From assembly GCA_023920165.1 (NCBI GenBank), contig CP089276.1, positions 3,348,001 through 3,412,000 of the forward strand: 64,000 nucleotides of DNA. The letters are read 5' to 3'. Each line of letters begins with the position of its first letter. Position 1 is the stretch's first letter. Under the pieces are notes generated by a model. The model did not search any database. It worked only from the letters and a program-made list of their open reading frames with translations, and was not told the origin of the DNA. The position numbers and the translations under genes are program-made. This document shows positions 1 to 11,300 of the stretch, piece after piece. Source of the stretch: Curvularia clavata (Eukaryota).

Positions 1-12
1 GGGAGAAGCCAT
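1..12 (-). CDS. possible start (MASP...) of a minus-strand gene running off the window edge
   Basis: ATG at 12-10 in context AACATGGCT, preceded by a pyrimidine-rich leader and divergent from the gene at 680. Only 4 codons are visible. Confidence 0.25.
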
Positions 13-679
13 GTTAACAGAGGGATAATCCCAATTTGAATTAGTAGTTGAGGTGCAAGAAAGACTAAGAATACAACGCAGTCCAGGTATGAGATTTGAC
101 TCAGTATCATTCTGAAATACAATAAAAAGGGATGAAGTCTGTCAGCTTCCTTTCTTTGTCTGTTTCATGGCGAGTGACAAGTGACAATGACGATGACGCC
201 GTCAAGGGTCCAGCTAAGCCACAATCGTTTAGCGTCACAGCCACAGCCATTCCGAACTCAACGCTCACTGCTCATACTCTAGCCAGGGCACGCGCTATGA
301 CCAGTGAAGTATCTCATAGACAGACCGTAGACTCAAAACAAAGGAAAGGTGAAGACAGGATGCTGTGCCCTGGCCAGCCAGACCTGAAGGTCTCCACCAC
401 GTGATCAGCGTTAGTGCCTTTGCGCACAGACCAATCGGTCGCGACTCCCGGAAAACTTGCGCGCTGCACTCAGTTGTCACTCCGCAAACACGACTGACTG
501 CGACTGCAATCAACTTCACTTGCTCGCCTGCTCCTTCACTGAGGAACTATCCAGCTTGGTGCTCCTTCTTACCTTCCTTACTTATATCTTTTTAATGGAA
601 TAAACCCTGCGACAGACGTCACTCACCGTTGTTCGCGCGACAGCCTAAGCCAAAGGTCGCGAACTCGCAGACATTCATA

Positions 680-3600
680 ATGGCAAACCCAACAGTCGAT
701 CCCAAGGCGGCACCGCTCGCCGACGAGCTGAAGGAACTTGCTCTGTAAGCGCTTCTCTACTGAGTCTACTATGGCACTACTGACTTGAATAGATCACTTC
801 CAACAACTGTCTTTCCCAAAAACTTCTTCTGCGCTCTATGCAACCAACTGGCTTTCGACTCATACAAGCTAATCTGCTGCGCGAAATCAATCTGCTCATC
901 ATGTATGCACACACACCATCGTTTCCTTGGCTGAATTTCGACCCCACTCTAACATGCATTTAGGTCAAGCAAACCTTCAGTTCCCTACAACATGTCCGTC
1001 GTGTGATCATTCGCCTCTCGAAGCCGATTCGTGTACGATCAACAAATCGCTCCGCAATACCATGCGTGTCTGGCTGCAAAAGCAGAAGAAGAAGGAAGAG
1101 GCCAAAGCTGCGGCACAGGCAGCTACCCCACCTGTGGAGGGCACACCAACTGCGCCAGAAGTGCAGCCTGTGAGCGATGGCGTAGAGAAGCCTGTAGAAA
1201 GCGTTGAGGAGCCGCTCAAGGCAGAGAGTGGCAACGCTGAAGAAGCTACTGGTTCTGCGGGGAACGCGGAAGAGACTGGACAGCGTGCCGGCTCTGCTTC
1301 GGCCCAACCCAACGAGGTAGGTCTTGAATGTCTGTTTCTTTGTTCTCGCAGAGGCATTTTGGAGTTATACAATAAAGAAGGAAGAAAAGAAAGGAAGACG
1401 AGGAAGAGAAGCCATTTCTTGAAGAATGCAAGAATTGTTGCCATACGTGCCAATGACCATGAATTTTCTTTTTTTCTATTCACGATTGCTAACTTGCAAT
1501 TAGGAAAGCACATCTGCTGAGGTTGGATCTGAGCGACGCGGCAGCACTGCCTCCCAGAACGTCCCGAAAAGCACGGAGCCTGCAGCTGCTGAGGCCTCGA
1601 CCGAGGAACGAGGCAACACTCCTGGCGCTAATGGCATGACGGGCAACAACCCTATGATGAACAATATGCAAGGCCAAATGGGCTTCGGCTTTCCTGCTTC
1701 AGGTGGTTTCAATAATGGAATGAGTTGGAACGGGATGCCTAACATGATGGCCAACGGTAACTGGAATGGCATGAATCCTATGGGTAAGTTGCGCCTTTGA
1801 ATATCATAGCAACCGAACAGCTATTGATCTTTCTCTAGATTTCAACGGAATGAACGGCATGCCCAATGGCATGTACGGCAACTTTGGGGGAAACATGGGC
1901 ATGGGCATGAACGACATGTCTGCCATGAACATGATGCAGTATGGAGGCGGCTTTGGCAATGGTTGGAATGGCATGGGCGGTGGCTATGGAAACTTCAGCG
2001 GGCCCAATCAGATGGGTGGCTATAATCAATCTGGAGCATATCCCGAGATGATGAACCAGTTCCCCAAGAATAATTTCCCAAACCAGAACCAGAATCGTTT
2101 CCATGCCAATCAAGGGGGAACAAATCCCCAACGAAACAACAGAAATGGCAGCCAGGGAGGCTTTGGTCCAGGTTTTCAGGGCGCGAACACTCGTCCGGTC
2201 AGCCACAGCGGCCCTTCGCAACACGTACGTTCCATCCAACAACACTTTCGGCCATTCCCACATAAGCGGGTTGGCAAAACTTGGAATATTTCGACTGACA
2301 CCAACCTTCCTACACAGCGTGACGGCCAGTCGCCTGACGGAAACGCAGACACTGCTCCTGAGGCCAAGGCTGAAGGTGAGCAGGAGAAGGCGTCCGCAGA
2401 GTCAACTGAAGAAGGTAAGGAGAACCTTGATTCTGCTGCAAACTCCACCGAAGCCCAAAACCAGGAGACAGGCGTCGGCCCTGATGCAAATCAGACCACT
2501 GCCGACGATACTAATCATACAGAAAACGGCACCCAAGAGACAGCACAGGATGACGGTCCAAAGCCAATTCAAACCGTCGACACTGGCAGTGCAGACATGC
2601 CAGATTACGCCCAGTCAATGATGGGTAATGGTATGCACTCTGGCATGCCGTATACACCCATGATGATGAATCAGTTCCCCGCTCAACACATGAATGGACC
2701 ATTTGATCCTAGCATGAACATGAACATGAATATGGGGTACAACGGTAACTTCGGTCCTCGTGGCGGCTTCAACAGTGGCGCTTATGGTTCAGCCACGGTT
2801 TTGACAGGCCAACCTACTGAGCCCATTGGTGTCGGTGTCAAAGGCGCACCCACCGGACCACGGGCGATGCGAGAAGGCCGGCCTAATACTGGATTCTCAA
2901 GCCGCATTAATAGTGCTCGATACGCACAATCCCAAGCGCCACCACCCCCCAAGAGCGTTGCGTCTACTCAAGAAGCTGCAGCCGCTAGCCCGCAGCGCAG
3001 GGTTCGATCGTAAGTAGTTGGTCTATGGACTGTGATATTCTTTGATTGACTGTTGTACAGGAAATCTCCTTTGCGAGATGAGAGTATGCGTGTAAAGGAA
3101 CGCTCAGCTACCCGCTCTCGGTCAAGGTCGCGAGCCAGAGAAGAGGACAGGGAAGAACACCGTGACCGATCACGTTCTGCAGACCGCCATTCAAGACGTG
3201 ATGATCGTGCTCGATCTCCTACGCCGGCAGAGGATGACTATGACAACCGCAAAGAACGCAAACACCACCGCTCAGCGCGCTATGACGATCGTGAGCAGGA
3301 GTATGATGATCGGTACCGTGATGAAAAGAGCAGTCGCGGTGACCGGACACGCTCCGCTTCAGCAGACTCAAGGTACCGTAGCAGCCGTCGTGATAAAGAC
3401 AAGCACCGCTCATCACGATCGCATCGCGACCGAAGCAGAGAGCATCGACGCCGCCACCGCTCTCGATCTCCCCGCAATGAGGACAAGTATGACGATGACG
3501 ATGCGTACGTCAATGGCGAGAAGGACTCCGATGGTAGCTCTCGACGCAGGCATAGAAGTCGCGATAGAGATAGGCATCGCGACCGATCGCGTGATCGATC

Positions 3601-4531
3601 GCGTGATAAAGAACGTGAGCGAGATCGCAAGGACCGAAAAGAGCGAGAGCGTGACTATGACTACGATCGTGAGAAGGACCGTTCGAGAGATAAAGACAAA
3701 GAACGCAGACGCCGCCGCGATCGTGATGCCGAAGAGGATGAGCGCGACTACGATGATGACAAGTATCGTTCCTCTCGTCGTAGCCGCAAAGACAGGGACC
3801 GGGAGCGACGCGACTACGATGACCGTGACCGAAAAGATAAACCACCTGTTACCGAAAAGGAGGAAGACGTTGTTGGCCAGATGATGAAGAAGCGTGCTGT
3901 TTCGCCTCCCTTGAACGCGCCAACTGGTCCGTCCGCAAACGGCTTCAGCATCAAGGGTCGCTCGAAGAACGCAATGGCCCCGCCGACGCAGCCTCCCACA
4001 GGTCCTCGAGCATTCCAGCCTCCTAAAGGCCCAGCTGCAGATCGTAACAAGGACCGGAGCAGTGATTCCCGAGATCACCGCCGAAGGAGTAGTGCAAGCT
4101 CGATCTCCACACCCCCAACTGGACCGGCTGCAAAGGAAAAGGAGACCACACAAGACCACTACGCCGCTGAGCGAGAACGAAATGCTCGAGAGCGTGATAG
4201 TCGAGATCGCACTGAAAAACCTTCCAGCAAGTCTCTACACTCGCGCATGTCTTCATCATCTTCTCGTCCCATTCTTTCAACTAAGCGCTCTCTCGACGAC
4301 CTAGATGACGAACCTTCTGTTCCTAAAGGACCAAAGGCGGATGTCAAGCCCCCTACTGGACCTGCGTCACACCGTGACAAGCGACGCAAGAGTGGCGCTG
4401 CAGGAGACGACAACATTGCCAACCTGTTCACTGCTGGGCTACGGAAGAACGCAAAAGCTCGACGTGGCGGTGTCAGGACTGAAGGAGATGTGGAGCGCGA
4501 AATGATGGAGCGAGAAAGAGAGAGGAGGTAG
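680..4531 (+). CDS. RING-finger protein with G/M/N-rich and R/D/S-rich low-complexity regions (RBBP6/Mpe1-like RING; likely nuclear RNA processing)
   Basis: Frame-consistent exons 680-744, 793-902, 964-1316, 1504-1783, 1839-2224, 2318-3009, 3061-4531. Spliced N-terminus contains CALC...ICC...ICSSC...CPSC. C-terminal half is RD/RS dipeptide-rich. Confidence 0.8.
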
Positions 4532-4839
4532 CACGATACCTTGATCTTGAAAGTGAGGCGAATGGATAGTGAAAAGTCTGGATGTGCAGTGAGTTGCTGG
4601 AGTTGCGATATGGGATGGTTAATCTGCTTCTTTTTCGTATTATACCCTTCATTACCTGAGTGGCACGAGAATGAGAGTATGCATGCTGTAATGAGCTTGG
4701 GCACACATATGTACCAATGAGAACAAATTTGCCCGAGCAAAAAAAGATTTTAAGATTTTTAATATAAAATTCGTGGTATCATTTACACTACTATGTTTTG
4801 TGTGTTTTTCACGCAGCCGTGTCCTCTCCAATAGCGGAT

Positions 4840-5991
4840 CTATCGCCTGTGGTTTACAAACTCCTTTTGCTCACCGCCCAACCTCGATGCGACGACAGTA
4901 GCCTCCCTGATAGCCTTTGCAACGGCACCTCTGACACCGTCCTCCTCGAGGGACATCAAACCACCAATGGTGCAGCCTCCTGGAGTCGAGACCTTGTCCT
5001 TGAGCACAGCGGGATGCTCGCCATTGAGCACCAAGCCAGTTGTACCCCTCATAGTCTGCGCAGCCATCATCTGAGCCTCTGCCCTAGGCAATCCCATAGC
5101 AACAGCGCCGTCCGCCGCAGCCTCAAGCATCAGTGCAAAGAACGCGGGACCAGAGCCGCACAGCGCAGTTGCGACGTCCATGTTGGCAGGTGGGAGCGTA
5201 GTAACGCGGCCAATGGAGCTGAAAACGAACTCGACGAGCTTATACTGCGCCTCGCTCAGCGGTGGATCTGAAGTCTGAATTACAGACATAGATTCTCCAA
5301 CAAAGGAAGCCGTGTTGGGCATTACACGGACAACTCTGCATGCATTCTCCGTCTTCTCGGGGCCATCCGGGTACAAGAAAGCCTCGATTTGCTCTCTTGT
5401 TACACCTGCCAATATACTGACAAGCACTTTGCCCTTGAGCGCCTCCCTCATGCCCTCCTCGCCTAGAATGGTCTTGAAACCGTGGGGCTTGCAGCTCAGC
5501 AGGACGATGTCGGCTTGTTGGACGCCCTTGAGGTTCTGGTTTGTGAGGGTCTGGAGCGGGAAGTTGTAGTGACCGAGGGCTTTGCGGACGTTTTCTTCGG
5601 CGGGGGCCCATTGGTCGCAGGCAATGAAGTTGGAGAGGTTGGGAACGTCTTTGGGGGCGGAGGAGGGGTCCAGTGTCGCTTTTGTGCGGGCAGAGGCAAG
5701 AGAGGACATTACGCCGCCCATGATGGCGATACCCATTGTTCCTGAGTCATAGGTTAGGGATTGTCTGAAGTAATAGGGTGTAGTGCAAAAGAAAGGGAGA
5801 ACAGCTTATGAGAAATTTAAGGTAGAGAGAGGAGTTTAATGCTGGAAAGTCATGATTGTAAACTTTGGACATAGGTTCTCATCCATCCCATCCTCTTACG
5901 CGGGGCATTGGGAAATATAAATGGGAAATCGTAACATACCCGAACCGAGAACGGTCAATGTCAAGGGCTTAGACTCCTGAGTGCTCGCCAT
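4840..5991 (-). CDS. PRO3: pyrroline-5-carboxylate reductase
   Basis: Exon 1 5991-5940, intron 5939-5742, exon 2 5741-4840. Rossmann LGSGTMG, RVMPNT, GSGPAF and STPGGCT motifs. Confidence 0.95.
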
Positions 5992-6283
5992 GTTGAATAC
6001 TGTTGTGTAGAAATCTCTCCAGGCGGTAGTGAGTAAATACGGAGGAAGTGCTGACTGGAAATCACTTGAACGCGAGATCGGCGGCTTCCCCCACGTTAAA
6101 TGCATCTTAAGCTATGACCACCAGCCGACGATATGCGCGTGCAACTGTCCAAGCTCTCCACTTCGACACACGCCAAACTGTAGCCTACCAGATTATTCCC
6201 GGCCTGTCTCAGCTATCGTTACCGCGCCGAAGCCTAGACGTTATTCCAAGCCGAAGACTCGTATACCAAACGACTCGCCCATT

Positions 6284-6994
6284 ATGGCCGACCCCTTCGA
6301 AGTCCGCCAGCGCTTCACGACGCTCCTCTCGCACCTCAGCGCATCGCACACGTCGCTCCAAAAGGCCGCTCTGTATGCGCTGAAAAACCGGGAAATGGAC
6401 GAGGACCTGCATTCGTGTATCCTCGAGCAACTCGAGCGCAACAATATGAATACCCGCGCCAATATCATGTTCTTCATCGAGTGTCTATGCGAATACGCGG
6501 TCAAAGAGAACAATGCGGGAGATAGCAGCGCAATGGGCTACGTGCGCATGCTACAGCGCGATATTCTGGCCGTGGTAGAATGCGTAGTAGGCGAGGAAGG
6601 CGCAAATGTTCGTGTGGTGCGAAAAGTGTTAAAGACACTGGAAAATCTGAATATTCTTTTGAAAGAGACGGTACAGGAGCTTGAGGCTGTACTCAAATCA
6701 AGGGAGGTCGCGCATCCGTTCATGGCGACTGATAGCGCGGGCGGTGGTAAAGACAGTCCCGCGGCGGCTGGGAAGAATGGTGGGCAACGCATGGATAAGC
6801 GACAGATTGAGCAAAGAATTGAAGAAGATAGAGAGAGACATAAAAGGCTGAGAGAAAGCATCTGGGCAGTTCCGGGGGAGGGTTTTGAGGAGCTGGAAAA
6901 GCTGTGGGAGGAGGCGAGTGATGTTAATGAAGATGACTATGTCACAGCGAGAGAGGATGCGGAAGAGAGGCGAAAAGTCATTGCGTATGGATAG
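6284..6994 (+). CDS. CTK3: CTD kinase subunit gamma (Ctk3)
   Basis: MADPFEVRQRFTTLL N-terminus, EDLHSCILEQLE, NTRANIMFFIE and RIEEDRERHKRLRESIW, all typical of fungal Ctk3. Confidence 0.9.
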   Translation: MADPFEVRQRFTTLLSHLSASHTSLQKAALYALKNREMDEDLHSCILEQLERNNMNTRANIMFFIECLCEYAVKENNAGDSSAMGYVRMLQRDILAVVECVVGEEGANVRVVRKVLKTLENLNILLKETVQELEAVLKSREVAHPFMATDSAGGGKDSPAAAGKNGGQRMDKRQIEQRIEEDRERHKRLRESIWAVPGEGFEELEKLWEEASDVNEDDYVTAREDAEERRKVIAYG

Positions 6995-7340
6995 GGTCAG
7001 ACCGATGAAGTTGGAGCATTGCAGGCGCGGAATATGCTGTTGTCGCGGAGCAGTAGCAGCAAGGAGTCTGAATTGGGGTTCACGATGTTTGGCTAAGTTG
7101 ATAAACACGCATTTCTAAGGCGTTCACGGATCTGGAACGGGTAGTCATCGCAGTATAGGTCAGGCGTTACGGTGGAAAGATACCACAGGTTGTCTCGTGA
7201 TACCCTACTGTTGTTGGAGTTTTGAGATATACTGAATACATCTACGATCATTCCATACATATCCTGTACATGCCGGTTAGGCAATGCTATGTTACAATGT
7301 CCGTCTCTTATTTCAACGTTGTCTTTCTGACATAAAATCT

Positions 7341-8087
7341 CTACTCCATGACGACAGTGGCACCAAGAGCCTTGAGTGTCTCGACAATCTTCTCTGCCTC
7401 CTCCTTGGGTACACCCTCCTTCATGACCTTTGGCGCGCTCTCGACGAACTTCTTGCTGTCCACCAAACTCAATCCAAGCATAGCCTTGACTTCCTTGATA
7501 ACCTTGGGTTTCGCGGCGGGGTCGAACTTCTCAAGCTTGAGGTTGAAAAGGGTCTTCTCTTGGGCAGCAGGAGCGGCTTCCTCTTCTTCGACAGGAGCAG
7601 CAGCAGCAGCAGGACCGGCACCTCCTGGGCCGGCAACGAAGCCGCCCATAGGCATGTCAGGGATGTTCAGACGGGTCTGGAGGTGAGGTTAGCTTAACTG
7701 TTTACGTATGATTGCGCCAAAAATGAAATTTTCAAACAATCCGACAAGCTGTGCTTGCATTGCGTGCTATTCTTCCACCCCTCGAGAAGGTTAGGCTTCT
7801 TGGAAGGACGAATATGATTTGCTGCAGGCTCCCATGTCTGTTTCTCACTCTTAATCGCCAATTTTCCGTACCTTCAGTGTTGACACCAGATCTGCAGTCT
7901 CCAACAGAGTCAATTGACTAATCTGATCGACAATGGTCGCAATCTTGGGGTTTGTGGGAGCAGCCGCATCCGATTGCCATCTCCGTTGTATCCTCTGCTG
8001 TGTGGCACCAATTGTCGGTCGTACGTATGCGGTCTGCTTAGCGGTGCAGATACAGCGCCTGAGCGCGCGAGATGCTGGTGCTGCCAT
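7341..8087 (-). CDS. MNP1: mitochondrial ribosomal protein L7/L12 (bL12m)
   Basis: Arg-rich presequence, ISQLTLLETADLV, intron 7871-7677, and C-terminal KVIKEVK...LGLSLVDSKKFVESAP domain. Confidence 0.92.
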
Positions 8088-8333
8088 TGTGCTGCCGAGG
8101 GACGCAAGGCTCGATGAATGGGCGTTGTAGTTGTCTTGCCATCATGAGATTTTGCGGAGCGGATTACGACGAATACGGTTAGCGCCTTGGCGACTAGAGA
8201 GACCCGCAAAAAAGTTAGAGAACTTCGAGGCGCGAAGGCTTCACACACCAACACACCACCTTGCTGGCATATTGAAGCGTCGAAACTATGGGAAGGCGCC
8301 CCGAAAGCGATCCACAGAACAGTCCTTGCAGAA

Positions 8334-11300
8334 ATGGAAGGAATCAATACTCACAATGCCGGTAAAACGGTAGACATCCGTGCGCTTGCCATAGAAGCGC
8401 TGAAGCCCGAATCTACGGATCTTGTTTTTGTTCAACATGGTCAACTTTTACCAGAGCTGTTTGCGCGTTGTATCCAGTCTGGTGCTGAAACTGAGGCCAA
8501 AATCGCGGCTTTTGGGCGCATCCTACCACTTGCGCCTCACCTCGGCGAGCACGTGGAACGATTTCTGGAATCCAATTCAAACTCATCCATAATTGGATCT
8601 CACACCGTGGCGACTGAAAGCGCACTTACGCTCACTTTGCGCGATTCCGAACTAATAGAAGTGCTTCTCGGAACCTTTCGACTCATCAGCTACGATTGCA
8701 AGAACTTTTCTCGCTATGTACGGCTCCGCATTGTGGAAAGTTTGTTCCAGCATCAGAACCGAGTCGTGCGGTATCTGGCTGTACGAGTATTCTGCATGTA
8801 TATCCATGCAGCGGACCATGCGACTCAAGAGAGGATCAAAAGAGTAATGGGAGATGGAGACATTGAGGGACCCTGGGAAGGGCGTCAGATCGATTACCGG
8901 TTTCTATCATTATGGGAAGAAAAGAGATGGAAAGACCTGCAGACTAGTTTGGGACAGCAAAATGCAAGCGCCGCGTTGCATCGCGTATCTAGAGACCAAG
9001 AATTATCGCCCTACACAGTCAATGTCAGTGGCGTGCTTTTGCCCCGACTAGATGGACAACCTTCGCAAGAAAAGCCCTCTGAGGTGGTCTCTACCACCAC
9101 TACAGAAGCCAACCTCAGGAATATTGCCCAGGGCCTTCTCCAACCCAACCCGATTCTGCTCACTGGTCTCGCTGGATCTGGAAAGACTCTTCTCATCCGA
9201 AATTTTGCCTGGGAGCTGAATAAACTAGAGAAGATGGTTACTCTCCATTTGAATGAGCAGAGCGATGCGAAACTCCTGATCGGCATGTACACTACCGGGA
9301 CAAAACCGGGAACATTCAGCTGGCGACCGGGCGTTTTGACCACAGCTGTCCGAGAAGGAAGGTGGATTTTTATCGAAGACTTGGATCGAGCACCGAACGA
9401 GGTCATCAGCACACTTCTTCCACTGATAGAGCGTGGCGAGCTGCTCATCCCCAGTCGAGGAGAGACGATACGGGCGGCGCGTGGATTCCGTATTATTGCG
9501 ACCATGCGAAGCACACTCAATCCCCGAGGACAAGAGATTATACCTCGTCAAAACATGATAGGTCACCGATTCTGGAACCATGTCACTGTGCAAATGCCTC
9601 AGCTTGATGAGTTCAGGCAAATAATACACGGAAGATATCCAGTACTGCAGAAGCACCTACCCGGCATCATGCAGGTCTATGCTCGACTTCTGGAGCTATA
9701 CGCAGATGCGAAGTTCTCATCCGAGAACGGCACATCACTTAGAGCCTTGACGCCTAGGGACTTGCTGAAGTGGTGCGATCGGATATCTGTACTCCTTGCA
9801 CAAGCCGCATCATTCAGCACTGCACAGAAAGACGACATTTTCATGGAAGCTTTCGATTGCTTTGCAGGAAGTTTACGCAGTGAAACAGCCCGTCAGCTTG
9901 TGATGAACTGTGTGGCTGAGGAGCTACACATTGATCCCCAACGACGCGATCATCTCCTAAAGAACCGGGAAGTAAAACTTCATTTGCCTTCGAACACATC
10001 AGCGTCTGGCACCATCCAAATTGGTCGTGCCAGGTTATCCAAGCAGAGGTCATCAAGAAAGACAGGTTCGGGACGGCCGTTCTCTACCAATGATTACACC
10101 TTGCGTCTATTGGAAAAGGTTGCTGTAGCAGTTGATCGTCAAGAACCACTTCTTCTCGTTGGTGAGACAGGTACTGGAAAAACAACGACCATCCAATATC
10201 TGGCTGAGCAACTTGGTCGTAAGCTCGTGGCATTCAATTTGTCCCAGCAAAGCGAAAGCGGTGATCTACTCGGTGGCTTCAAACCGGTAAACGTTCGCAG
10301 TCTCGTTATCCCTCTCAAAGATGAGTTCGATGAGATTTTTGAGACCACTTTCTCGCGGAAAAAGAACCTGCGGTTTCTGGAGATGCTTGGCAAGCGGATA
10401 GCAAAGGGTGAATGGAAGCGTGTTTGTGCGCTCTGGCGGGAGGCGTTGAAGATGGTGGATGCTGCCCGAAAACAGCACGAGTCACAAACTTCATCTCCGG
10501 ATCCTGAAGGTGGGCAGCCCAAGAAGAAGCGAAAAACCGACTCCTTGCCAGCAAACTTCTCTCCTGCGCGATGGGAAAAGTTTGCAGCCGATCTACAAAC
10601 CCTAGAAGCCCAGCTCGCCGGTGGCTCCGAAGCATTTGCCTTCTCATTCCTGGAGGGCAACATCGTAAAGGCAGTGAGAAACGGCGATTGGATTCTTCTC
10701 GATGAGATCAACCTGGCTTCTTCAGATACTTTGGAGGCACTTACCGATCTCTTAGGTGGCGGCCCAGACGGCAATCCATCTATCCTCTTGACTGAGACTG
10801 GAAACGTGGAGCGAGTAGTTGCACACCCAAATTTCAGAGTGTTTGCGGCTATGAATCCTGCGACCGATGTGGGCAAGAAGGATTTGCCCCCAGGTATTCG
10901 ATCAAGATTCACCGAACTATACGTTGAGAGTCCAGACGGGGATGAGAAGAGTTTACGAAACATCGTAGAGAAGTACCTCGGTGGTGATGGCACAGATCCA
11001 GCCATTGTCCGGGTAGCGCGCGATGTCACTAGTCTGTATCTCGAAATTCAGAGACTTGCCAAAGCGAATATGCTAGTCGATGGTGCAGACCAGAAAGCAC
11101 ATTTCAGTTTGCGAACCTTAACCCGAACATTATCATACGCCCGTGATATTGCACCGCTATGTACCGTTCGAAGAGCGTTATTTGAAGGCTTTCACATGAG
11201 CTTCTTGACTTTCCTAGGCAAAGCCTCCGAAGATTTGGTCGCTCCCCTTATCACCAAGCATCTGTTCCCGCAGAGAGCAACCATGAAGGCCGAGCTGGGC

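Noticed and set aside
5742..5939. Longer introns (PRO3 198 nt, L12 195 nt, RING-SH3 239 nt) as snoRNA hosts or nested introns
   Set aside because: No C/D box pair or nested donor-branch-acceptor set was evident.
8187..8333. N-terminal extensions in the ORF track (MDN1 8187, CTK3 6029, esterase 48745, PEX26 43683)
   Set aside because: They rely on TTG/GTG starts, and the downstream ATGs give plausible family N-termini.
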